64,000 nt of DNA from Schmidtea nova (taxonomy: Eukaryota), in NCBI GenBank assembly GCA_044892505.1, contig CM097882.1:511934001-511998000 (forward strand), written 5' to 3'. Both the position numbers and the translations under genes were made by a program. Of the stretch, positions 44,988 through 57,700 are shown in pieces. The notes beneath the pieces are model-generated. The model searched no databases, had not been told where the DNA came from, and saw only the letters and a program-made list of their open reading frames with translations. Within the stretch, counting starts at the first letter, position 1. Every line of letters begins with the position of its first letter.

Positions 44988-47514
44988 CTAGAAATTGCTG
45001 AAAATATGGAAGAAAGAGCGAAAAATCAGCCTTCTCACACTATTCACAGCTTTCAACACGACTGAAGACTTCTTGTGTGCGAAATTGTTTTCACAAAGCT
45101 TATTGTCACAACTTGATCCTATTAATTCGATTGTTCTTTTAAATCGAAGTTCATCACTCGTTCTTTTCTCAAAGTTGGCTTCAATGTTACATATTTCTAT
45201 ATTATCATTATATTCGGTTGCAATTTTGCTCTTATTTTCTATAACTTTCACTAATTTTATGTCAAATCTACGTAATAAATCGATTCCTCCTATTATCGAT
45301 GGAGATACATTTTCAACTACTACAAAAACAATATTTTCTTCTCTATTTCCTATATTTATTTTAACTTTGATCCTTCCCAAAGTATTTAATGGACTACCAT
45401 TTGCGCACTAAATTTTGTCACCCTGTTCATTTAAAATCGGATTTTCTATCTCTTTTATAATCGAACTATCCATCACATTCATTCTTGCCCCTGTATCCAA
45501 CAAACAATTCTTAAAATAATTATTTATGCCTATAATGACACTTGGACGTCCACTCATTATATCATAAACAATATTATACTGATCCTTCTTAGAATATGTT
45601 TCATTTCTATATTGTATTTTACAGTCACATGTATCAAATATTCTATTTTTTTCATTATGTGCATGAATCATATTTTTTTCTTTTTTTAAAAGTTTTACGT
45701 CATCTATCGATAAAATTTGGGTACAATTATTTCCGCATACTTTTTTATTATCGTCATCAATTTTAAAATGATTGTCATTCCGCACATTTAAAATAATTGC
45801 ATCATCAATATCCGTAAATTTATTTTTTATTGACTTTTTATTTTTAAAATTTTTTATTACATCACATTGATTCACTTTTTTAAAATTTGTTTTCAGCTCA
45901 TTATTTTTTTCAACTCTATCGATGTTTCCTACAGCTTTACTAGCAACTTTATTCACGATTTCATTATTCTCATCCAAAATTTGATTACTTACTTTATTTA
46001 AATTATCTACTAAAGGACTTAAACTATTCACGTTATTATTACTATTCTTTATATTATTTAAATTATTTACAAAAGGAATTATACTATTCACTTTATTATT
46101 ACTACTATTTATATATTTATATCTACTTATACATTTATACTGGCATACACAATCATCATTATTACCCATTAATTCATTGCTCCGATCATCTCGCCTAAAG
46201 ATGGAGCTTCTCGTTTAGGTAGTCTTCGTCTTGACATGAGTTATTTTCATAACTTTCGTTTCGATCGGTCTGAAACGCGGGTACCTGTGTTCGTCTCTGT
46301 GGTCCACGCTCGTCTGTGTATCTTCTTCTGCCTGTCTGGTTCCAGCATTGAAATCGCAAATGGCCTCTTCTACCGCATCCTGAGCAAGATATTGATGGAC
46401 ATTCTCTTTTATTATGTCCGATATCTTTACACGCAAAACATCTCATCTCTGCATTCAATGCTCTCTGATTGCACTCTCTGGATTTGTGCCCTTCTTTTCC
46501 ACATTGAAAACATTTCTGAATCCTTGGTTTCCGACATCCTCGACTCATGACCCACTTCCTGGCAATTCCAACATGTAATAACTGGTCTGTTTCTAGCAGG
46601 CATTTCTCTTTGTTGGAAGTTATTCTGGGAGTTATCTGCTTTTATCCTCGGTCTTGAATAATATCTTTGTTCAATCCTTTGTGTATTTGTAAAAGTTCTG
46701 CTTTGGTTCTGTTTATCGGCAAATCCCTGTCTTGCCTTGACAATATTCGCAAATGTTTCTTTCCTTCTATTTAAAACTGAAATTCCCGACACTTCAATAT
46801 TTATATCATCGACCTTCTTTATCACTCCTTTTATTTCTTCGACGCTTATCGCATTTCTCATCTTTATTTCTTTCTGTGTATCTTTGCCTTTGATACAATG
46901 GACCAAAAAATATGAGATCAATTCTTTCATGTCCCATTTGTGTTTTAGAACTTGGTCAACCATCTTTTCTATTTTTTCAAAATATACTGGGGCATTATCC
47001 TCGTTTTTTCGTAATTGCGTAGGGTTAAAAAATCCCCTATCAACGTCGTTGGTTTCTTGAAAGCCTTTTTCAATCTGTCTTCAAAGCAAGTTTCATTTTC
47101 TTCTATTGCTTCATACATTGGTAACAATTCTCTTGCGATCAAACATTTGATCATTATATTTTGGTTGGACTATTCTAGTCCACATAATTGGAAATACCTC
47201 TTGCATTATCCAATAAATATTTCTACATCGACGCTGCCGTCGTAAATATCTGGGATCATTTTATTGATCATTGTCAGGGTCGCCATGTTAATAATTGAAG
47301 ATTAATTACTGTTAAATTATATTCAAATAAAACTGATTGTGTAATAATTTGTCTTATTCGAACAAATTTAAAATAGCGAATTAATCAATTAAATAATAAT
47401 GACAATTATGCGTGCCATCATTTATACTTATAATACTTTGACTGTATAATAATATTGATTACTTATAATACAATATATGTTATTTATAAATTAGTTTATT
47501 AAATATCCCTAACA
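44988..47514 (-). mobile_element. 3'-truncated Ty3/Gypsy retrotransposon: 5' LTR, PBS, gag with four CCHC knuckles, protease
   Basis: Knuckles CWNCQEVGH, CFQCGKEGHKSREC, CFACKDIGHNKREC, CSGCGRRGHLRFQC. Protease LLDTGARMNVM...IIGGIDLL. Stops and frameshifts present; no RT. Confidence 0.9.
47286..47514 (-). repeat. 229-bp 5' LTR of the Gypsy element
   Basis: TGTTAGGG...TTATTAACA (TGTTA/TAACA inverted termini), immediately followed by PBS TGGCGACCCTGAC. Confidence 0.85.
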
Positions 47515-47519
47515 ACCTG

Positions 47520-47990
47520 TAAAACAACATCGACATCTAGAAGAAGCATTGGACAAGTTCTGGAGGAATATTCTCACAGAGAATGAAACCACACTTAGTA
47601 CATATATTTCTGAGTCCAAGAGGGATTCTACCGAGTGAAAGTCACCTAGTAAGAAGCAAGCATTTCCTAAACCATAAATGAGGAGACTGGCTTGAAGCTT
47701 TTTGAGTACCCTCTTTATAATCCTGATCTCATGCCCAGCAACTACTACTTCTTAAGATATTTGAGATATTCTGAGATGGAAATCATTTACAAGCACCGAA
47801 AATCTACAAATAGCGAAAAAAAAATCTTCAAGGAATACACTTTGAATTTCTTCAAAAATGCATTCCTAAAACTCCTACAGTGCTGACAGAAATTTGTTCA
47901 CATACGTCTACAAGTGTTATCATATGTTTAAAAAATAAAAGTTATACTATTTTCATTCCCACCTTTAACCAGACAAACATTAAAGGCACC
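47520..47990 (+). pseudogene. Mariner transposase remnant
   Basis: FWRNILTENET...SKRDSTEW (DETW region) and LFEYPLYNPDLMPSNYYFL (HPPYSPDLAPSDY motif), heavily deleted. Confidence 0.75.
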
Positions 47991-48432
47991 ATGTATTATG
48001 CCAAAATTCGAGACAGCGCATCAATCACGCACTGATAATTACAGCTTGTAATGCATTTATATATGAAAAAAATACAGTATTTATTAGATAAAGATACTCT
48101 TATCCGTTATTTATAATGAATATAAATTGTATATTTTTTCTTGATAGCGTTAAAAATATTTTTAGAATTGATGAAATGAGAGTTGCCAATACGGTTAGAA
48201 TCACATACTTAAGAATTCATACTTTACTTAGAAATACTTTAAATATACTATAACAGAGATCAGCAAGATCTTTAGAACGATATTGAAAAAACCTTGAAGA
48301 ATAATATGAAGAATAAGTCGATTAAAGATATTTATTTCCGAGATTTCTGGCATTATTTGAACATTTATTTAATAGAACATAACAAAATCTGAGTAAGAAT
48401 TAATCTTTCCATAAACTTTCAAGATTCTAAAG

Positions 48433-50720
48433 CAGTGTCGGGTAACCCGTGTGCCGCTAGAAGTTTTGAAAAATATTTAGAATTGCTAGGGTGTTTCAAA
48501 AATTTCAAAATGATTTAAAATTGCTACATTTTTCAAAAATATTATTATTGATAAACGGTTATTTGATATTGAATTGTGTATATAAAGTGTTTTTATTTTA
48601 AATATTACTTAGATGGACAGATTTGTTATTCGGAAAGACGCAAGTGAGAAGAAGGATAAGCCAGGTGAGAAAAACGATGATAAGGCGATTGAATCATCAA
48701 AAGTAAAAAAGCGAAAGTATCAGGACAAATATCTGCAATATGGATTTATTGCATTAGAAAACAATCCCTCGCTGCCTCTTTGTCTCATTTGTGCAAAAGG
48801 TTTCAGCAATGAATCGATGAATCCAAGCAAACTAATTTGACATCTCGAAGCAAACCATCGTGAACAAAAGAACAATCCAATCAGTTATTTCGAGAACTTA
48901 AGATCGAATCTTCAAAGCCAAGCAAATAAATTCAAAAAATACATAACTACATCCGATCAAGCACAAATCACAAGCTATCGTATTGCTAAACTCTTTGCAA
49001 AGAAAAAAAAAGACCCACGCTAAAGCAGAGGAAATAGTTTTGCCAGCTTTAAAAATTGCTGCTGAATGCATGCTAAAGAATGATGCTGTTGAAAATTTTA
49101 AGAATATTCCACTGTCGTCAAAAACGATTGCGAGACGAATTGAAGATTTGTCCGATGACATTGAGTTACAGTTGAATGAATGTTTCAATGATCCATCAAG
49201 AAAATGGGCGATCCAGCTTGACGAAAGCACTGATATCAGCAATAAACTCAGTTACTGCCATTTTTGAGATTTGTTCGAGGAGGAATGATTGTGAGTGATT
49301 ATTTCTTTTGTCAAGAATTGAAACAAACAACAACTGGCGAGGAAAATTTTGAAATAGTCGATGCAAATGTGAAAAAACCCATTTGAAATGGGAAAATTGT
49401 GTGAGTGTATGCACAGATGGAGTGTTACCATGCAAGGCAGCAAAAAAAAATTCGTTTCTCAAGTTGTCAAGAAAAATAAAAGCGTCAAAATTGTTCATTG
49501 CAAGATTCACAGAGAAGTTCTGGTTTCAAAAGCTCTTCCTTCGATTCTCAAAGATACTCTTAATGAAGTCGTCAGCGTGGTCAATTCTAAAAAAGCGAAT
49601 GCTCTTCGATCAAGAATCTTTGCAGCTTTATGTGAAGCAATGGATTCGGATTACAAAACTTTGCTTTATCACACCGAAGTACGATGGCTGTCAAAAGGAA
49701 AAGTTTTGAATCGATTTCTGTTAATAAAAGTTGAAATTGTTTCATTCATCGATACCGAAGAAGTTGATTTTTCATTCCTGAAAGAAGATATTTGGTGGTT
49801 ACGAGTTTCTTTTTTGAGCGATATTTTCGACAAATGTAATAATTTAAATTTGAAATTGCAAGGAGCTCAAGAAAACTTCATCATTCCTGATTTTTCATTC
49901 CTGAAAGAAGATATTTGGTGGTTACGAGTTTCTTTTTTGAGCGATATTTTCGACAAATGTAATAATTTAAATTTGAAATTGCAAGGAGCTCAAGAAAACT
50001 TCATCACTATCTCCGGCAAGTTGAAAGGATTTGAGGAAAAACTGAGATTGTGGAGTCTAAAAGTCGGCAAATCAATCTTTGGATCCTTTCCGACTGTTGA
50101 CTCGATTCCTTCAAAGATTCATATCAAGCAAGAAATCGGAGATACTTTGAAATCTTTGTCAGAATCATTTCTTAAGTAATTTTCCAATGTTAACGTTACT
50201 GAAATGGAATGGGTTGTCAACCCATTTGCGGAATATGAAGCCATCAATCTTGAAGAGGAGCTTGAGGAAAACCTGATTGATTTGAGAAACTATTTGGTTT
50301 TCAAAAGAATCTTTGCAGAAAAAGAGCTGCATGAGTTCTGGATATCTTTAAACAACAAATTTCCAGAATTGAGCAGCAAAGCAATAGAATTATTGTTGCC
50401 ATTTGAAAGCTCTTATCTTTGTGAGCAGGGCTTTTCGGCACTCACAGAAATGAAGTAAAAAAAACGTGAGAGACTACAAATGATCGATAAAGAAATGCGT
50501 GTTTGTCTTTCGAAAATTGAGCCTCGCATCAACCATATTTGCGCGAAAAAGCAATCTCAAATTTCGCATTGAACAAAAATAAAATTTAATTGTATTCAAT
50601 TCATTACTTCTAAATAAAAATTTATTCTAAGATTTTCAACTGCTGATCTTTTATATAGGGGTGTCTCGAGAAAAAAATTAGCTTAGGGTGCCGCGATGCG
50701 AAAAAAGTTGCCCGACACTG
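48433..50720 (+). mobile_element. hAT Buster/Charlie-family transposon, defective
   Basis: TIRs CAGTGTCGGGTAAC / CAGTGTCGGGCAAC. TSD TTCTAAAG / TTCTAAGG with the central TA typical of Buster elements. Confidence 0.93.
48613..50571 (+). pseudogene. Buster-type transposase (BED-like Zn finger, DDE, dimerisation domain), frameshifted
   Basis: KRKYQDKYLQYGF, PLCLIC..MNPSKL, AIQLDESTDIS, CTDG, HCKIHREVL, LLYHTEVRWLSKG, LLLPFESSYLCEQGFS. Confidence 0.92.
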
Positions 50721-51726
50721 TTCTAAGGGTAGCTATTTTGAGTTAATTGCAACATTTCTGAAGGCTTTTTCAAGTATCGAAAATAATTCGATCTTCTTCT
50801 CGGCACTTTCTAGATTTTCTAATTCACCTAACAAAGCAAAAATTTTAAAAGACCAAAGTTTTTAGGTTCTTAGATCTGTACATTGTATTCCAAATTGAGA
50901 TTGGTAATTATTGAAATGGTGAAAAGTAAATGTTGTTGGTATTTGCCTCCTTCGATTTGCTCAAAAACATACCGGAAGATATACTTACTTCCAGATAAAT
51001 AAAATGACTTATGATTAATTTCTTCTTTCAAATTATAAATAAAGCTTAAAAATGTCTTCATGTTTAACATGATAAAGAGCCGCAAGCCTGGAGCCAAAAA
51101 TTCGGAGTTGGCTTGCAAGCCGCTGGTTGCCAACTTCTGCATTAAAGCTATAATATCAGGATTTTCATTGGTTAAATATTTATACGGATTCATTCTATTT
51201 TAAAGAAAGTACCTTGAAAAGGATAAATGGAGATTTAAATAATTTTCAACGTCAGAATGAATGATCTATCTATTTGACCAATAATTAATTCGTGTATAGA
51301 AGTATTAGTTCGAGTTACGGAACTAATTGCAGCTCGGAATTGTTTTATTTGATATAAAAACACCTAATAAACTCATAAATGATTTTCCCCATTCCTTTTT
51401 TCCATCTTATTGTGCACATATTGCACATTGAAGACCATTTGTCACAGAACTACCGGGCAATGATTCCAAAAAGCTAATAACTATCATCAATTGATTCCGA
51501 TATGGCAACAACAGAGCAACGAAATAGTAAAATAGTACTTTAATTAGTTGTAAATAATTCCCCATGCCAGTATTCATTGTGTTAATATAAAATGGAATTG
51601 ATCTCTTCATTCAGGCTTTTATGGAAAATTTTATTCTTTTAATATTAATAGCACATGGTATTTATTGATTGGTCTAATCCGGTCCAGTGATCAATTACAA
51701 ACTTGGTTGATTATTGATTGCCGCAC

Positions 51727-54700
51727 TCAATATCCACTTGTGCCGATCATACTGGTTGAACGGATTGCTCGGCGCGCCCGAGAAGTGACAATCGACAGCG
51801 CTTGAACGAAAACTTTTCGTTAATCATAAAAGGCACAGTAAAATTTCTGATTTATTTAGAATCTTTAAAAAAATCAATTTCTAACTACATAAAAAGACCA
51901 TTTTCAATTAATAAAATTTGAAGCATTTAATAAAGTGCAATTCTTATAGGAAGTGTATAATGAACTATCAATATTTATATAAATATTATTCCAACCTAGG
52001 AAATCTATTTTGCCATCTCTATCAAGGTCAGCCTCAATTATCATTGCTCGGACATCATCATCAGTAACTCTTTCTCCAAGAGCGATCATTGTGCTCTTTA
52101 TCTCATTGAAATCTAAAAGATCATCGCCATTATGATCGAATGCCTACAATAAAAATCGCAAGTTGCAAAATGAATTGTTTTAGTTTTTGAATATGATAAA
52201 CACATTATTATTATACGGTTTCTCAGAAATCCGCATTTCANNNNNNNNNNNNNNNNNNNNNNNNNNNNNNNNNNNNNNNNNNNNNNNNNNNNNNNNNNNN
52301 NNNNNNNNNNNNNNNNNNNNNNNNNNNNNNNNNNNNNNNNNNNNNNNNNNNNNNNNNNNNNNNNNNNNNNNNNNNNNNNNNNNNNNNNNNNNNNNNNNNN
52401 NNNNNNNNNNNNNNNNNNNNNNNNNNNGAAAACAAAAAATTCGGTAAAGTAAATATCGATATATTATCAGTATGCATAAACAATCTTAGAGTGTAATTCA
52501 ATATTTCAAAAATTTTCAGATTTTCAGACAATAAATCAAGGTTTTCTCTTATTCAACACAAATTTTCGGCACTGCCTCTTTTATGAGTTATCTCTAAATG
52601 TCACGCACCTAATAAATATCATTTAAACAAATATCGCTTCGTACCATTTTTGAATCACAACTCTAGCCACAAAAATCTTGTTTCCATTATTTAAATGCAC
52701 AAAAACAGTTTTGAGCAATGAAGAAAATAATAAAAGATTGAAAGTGTGGTTTTCTTCTTGGATAAGTTGTAGCAAAAATATTTCAATACTTATATGTCAA
52801 GGCCTAGATACGTTTTTAAAATGGAGAGGTATTTGGTACTGAGGTCGATCAGAACTGTGTGTCACGTGATTTATATAATATCATTGAAAGATATTTATAC
52901 ATCTTTTAAAAAAGGAACCCATAAAAACAAGTTTTTAATGTAACTCTTTTTTTTTCTCATGTTTTCGGTTAATTTTATTGTTGTTTCATTGTTTGGTAGT
53001 TTGTTGGCAACAGTAAATTAAAAAATCACATCGTTTCAAAATATTTCAATGGAATAATTTGTGGGCCACCACAAGTCTGCTCGCAAATTTTCAGATCGAT
53101 TGGATATCGGGAAGTGGGTTAAAAATCGATCCAAAGTTTGACAAGAAAACAAACAGAAATTGGAAGTTAATAGAAAGAGTTAAAAAAATCATATACCATA
53201 AGTGACCCATCTGAAATGTGGATGATTATGAATAATAAAGTTCCATATCGTGGAAGTAAAGCGTTGTGTGATTATAAAGTTGAAGTTATTATAAATAATT
53301 ATATTAGAAAATAATAAATATCTTTGATATTAATAAACAAAATGGCAGTTTTCATGGGAAATACTGCATATGAATTTTAAAAGAAAAAAAAGTGTAAATC
53401 TGAAATAATCGAAACCTTTTCAATTCCGGTTTATTAGATTAGCAAAATTACATAAAATCTATCAGAAATAATTATTTCAGTGCAAATGTTCCGTGAAACT
53501 ATAATATAGTCCCATGGTAAAAGAAACTAAAAATTATTATTCGGCGGATAGTTCATAAAGAATTTTTGTTAAAAAATAAAATTCCCTGTATAATGTCAAT
53601 AATAAGAAGTGGTGAAAATGTAACATAAATGTAAGGGAAAATTTTAATTTTTAATTGTGGAATTCTTAAAAAGGCGAAGCGGCAGGTCTTCAAATAATTA
53701 ATTGGGTGAGTTGTGGCAAATCTTTTAGTAAAATTGTTTTGTTCCCACAAGTCAACATAATTCCATAAAGGCGGGGGAAAATAACATATCTATGATACTT
53801 AAGCACTTCATCTTTAAAAAGCCAATTAATTCTCGAAAAATTCTAAATCATTCTTTTTAAAAGTGCCATTTAGTAAGAAGTGACAGTTATAGAACTTTAA
53901 TAAATCATTTGTAGATGACTTAATTTATCCAGTAAAATAGTTATTCAGTAAGAAACTTATCAAGTATGACCCGATTTAGCTTTTTCGTCGCCCGGACAAA
54001 AAGACAAATTTCCGCCTCCTTAAACATGTTCTTTAAACAATTATATCTTTATCTTAAATAAAAATCAGATGGTTTTAAATTATAATAAAAACATATTTAG
54101 AAAGATAAATATAACAAAAAATTAACAGTCAAGTAGTAAAAATAGTAGAAATAAAAAAATACCTCTTAAATGCGTTGTTGTTAAAATGGCCCAGTGGAAC
54201 ATTTTGCACAGAAAAAAAGGGTTTAATTTTTTATCTAACCAAACTTGTTTCAAGAAATGGATAAGAAATAAGAAATTTAAAATAAAAATAGCCACTATGT
54301 TTTTACGTTCACAGGATTATGTCAAAGAAGTGTTTGTTTTGCTCCGTGAAAAATCACCAGAAGCTTTTTTTAAGGAAAAATATTTTTAAAAATAAAAGAA
54401 CTCTGTCTTAACTATGATAAATATTATGAATTGTCATTTCTGAGACCAATAACTATGATTTATGATTTGTCTTTTGTTGAGTAGGTGTTCCATACTGCTA
54501 AAATTCTTTTCTACAATAAAAGTATTTCATTCCCTTCAAAATTGTTTCTGGAAACGGGTAATTAAAAAATAAAGACCTATTTATTTTGTGAAAAAAGCTC
54601 TTACGAGACATTTTGCACCCAACCATTTAGAAAAATACATATTTTATAATAAGAGGATATAAACAAATCAATGCATGAATAAACAAGCAAGCCGAATACC

Positions 54701-57700
54701 TCGCGCGGAACTAGCGTCAGCTTGCTTATAAGCTAGAACGCGATGCACATAAGATGGTCACTTATGGGGCACAACATTCCTTCGCATTCCTTTTTAAACA
54801 AGTTTACGCAGCACCCTGCGTATTGTTCTATGAGGTGCACGACATAGATACCTAGCCTTTTTTTGTTATTTTTAAATAAAATTTTAAACACTGTACTAAA
54901 TCAAAAGAATCAATGAAAATATTGCTATCTCGATTTTGATTGGTTGATTCGGATAAAAATAATATCATCGACAATGAACTTTACATACTACTTAATCAAA
55001 AACCAAGTACTGATTAACTATCCACTAACAAAATAAGCAAGTACTAATCAAATAAAATACATAATTCGTTAAATTATTATAAATTCTTATAAGAAAAGTT
55101 AAGTCACTTTTTAAATAAATTCGTCGTATTTAGACAACATATATTAAGTTCTGGATAAAGGTAAATGATCCTCAATTAAATTTAATAAGAATAAAAATTT
55201 CAAAGATAATTAAAACACTCTTATTAATGTGAAAAAATAGGAATAATTAGAAGAAAATTGAGTAGATGGTGAAAAATTGATCTTTGTAATTAAATTATTT
55301 CTTAATGAACTATTTCTTTTAAATAATTAAAATTTTAAGAATTAATTATATTTTTCGGTACTTGGAATAAATTTTTAAAACTAAATTTAATTAATTTGCT
55401 AGATCTTAAGATGGAGTGGTTAGATTAAAAATTAATTGTTAAGATTTAAATTATTTTGCTAGCACTTAGAATAGAATGAAATATTTTTTTAAAATAAAAC
55501 TTTGAATAAATTTTAAAGAAAGCGGTAGATTTCAGACAAAAATAATAAAAAGAAATGCTTTTTATTAAACTTGGATCATAAATGTGTTTGTATTTGCACG
55601 ATTATTTAAAGATATTTTTATTCGATTAGTAAATAATCTCCATAAAAATAATACAAAATGCTTTTTAATATAAAAAATGCAAGTAAATATTTTAAATTTT
55701 ATATTCACAGTAAATATTATAAAACAATGTCAAATAGTTCAAATGCATGCTTGTTATTACTAAGAATAATATTTAAAATAAATCTTTTTCTTAAAATAGA
55801 AGTTGTTCTTATAACAAAAAATATCTTAGCATCACAAGTTGATTGGTTACCTATGCCATATTCATTTAAATGGATGAAATCTTTGTGTAAATATTCCATG
55901 AACCAAAACGGATACTGAGTTTTACTTGGATAATTCATGGTTAATGCCGAATGAAACTATACATATATACTGCTAATTAAAAGAAATTCTATTACAGTGA
56001 AAAAACTAAAATTTAATACCAGTCAATGAATTATTTACGCTTATTACTCTCTTACAAATATTAAGCTAATTTAATGACTTAAGTATCCCATAAAAATTCC
56101 TTATAAGTACTATAATTTAATGACAATCAACTAAAACCAATCGAAATTCACATAATTCATATGGTTAGATACACTTAAATTTTCACAAAAATTATATATT
56201 TTATGGCATTCGACTAAAACTCACTTAAAACCCCCTAAATAGATATACAACTCAATAATTCATTATTAAATGTCGTTTCCCCTTTAAATTCTCCTCTTTC
56301 TAGCGAGATCTCTCTTTTATTGGATTTCCCATTAAAATTAATATATATGAATGAATAAGCTCTATGGATAAACCCTTTTTGAATCGAATTTCCTTCTAAG
56401 AGTTCCACCTTTTAATGAATTTTGTCTTTAAAGATTTTCCACATATTTTGGTATTGAATTCATATGTAATTGAAATTATTTATGTGAATTTTTAATATTC
56501 TCAAAGAAAATAATTTCTCGGTGGGTTTATTGTAATTTTAAATTTCATTTAAATTTTAACTAATTTATTTACCTATTCATTTAATTTCAGTGTTATCCTT
56601 CAGTTGTGTATCATTGATAATTATTGGGGAAAACAAATTTAAGGATGAATAATGGTGAATACATGGACAGAGTAAATACATTGAAAAAACATAATTCCAT
56701 TAAAAAGAGTAAATTCAGGTGGGAAATTCCATTGAAATATGGTAAATTCAGTAAAAGGGGGTAAATACGTTGAAAATTGTAATTTTTTTGAAAGGGAATA
56801 ATTATTATTGGGAAATTCGATTCATGACTAAGAATCTTAAAAGGAGAAATAATATGAAAATGGGAAATTATCACTTTAAAGAACAGGTTTTATCATAATT
56901 TTACTAAATGATTTATATTTTAAAATGAGAAGTTAATTTATCGATATTGATTTAAACAAGACAAATGATTTTGTTATTATAACAGAATTATGTATATTAA
57001 ATGTGAACAAAATTTTTAAGCATTATATTTGTTATTTAATGATACAAGATTTTGTGCTTTATGTATACTAAATTTTATTGGAAATCTCAAATTTTCATTC
57101 AAATGAGGAAATTATTAAAGAAATATCATTCAGATCAGGAATTCCTTAAGTGGAAAATTCATTAAAAGGGTAAATCCGTTCAAATTAGAAGTCCATTGAA
57201 AGAGTGATAACTCATTCATGGAGAAGAATTTCAAATATAAAAATCCATTCAAAAGAGGAATTGAAGGGAAAATTCCATTCAGGTGGGAAATTTCTTTGAA
57301 AAATCTAAAAATACATTAAAAAGAATTGAATTGAAAGGGGAAATCTATTCAAAGGGTGAATTACATTCAGATGAGAAAATTATGCAAAGAAAATTCACTA
57401 AATGTGAAAAAATTTAAAAAAAACTTAAAGGGTAAAATACATTAAAAGATGGAAATATCATTCAGATGGAAAATTTATTTGAAGAAAGTTCACTAAAAAG
57501 GTTAATTTCATTCATTTTGGAAATTAATGAAGAAAAATACCAATCAGAAAAATTTATAATGGGGAAATGGTAAGTGGAAAATGACTTTTAAAATTTAAAT
57601 ATCGAATTGTATATCGACTTGTGAGGTTTTCAATGAGTTTTAGTCGATTACCGTTAAATTATTGATTTTAATGAAATAATTAATCATTTGTATCTAATCA

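Noticed and set aside
50870-51610. Minus-strand ORFs of 107 and 67 aa downstream of the calmodulin-like gene
   Set aside because: No recognisable motif or splice support.
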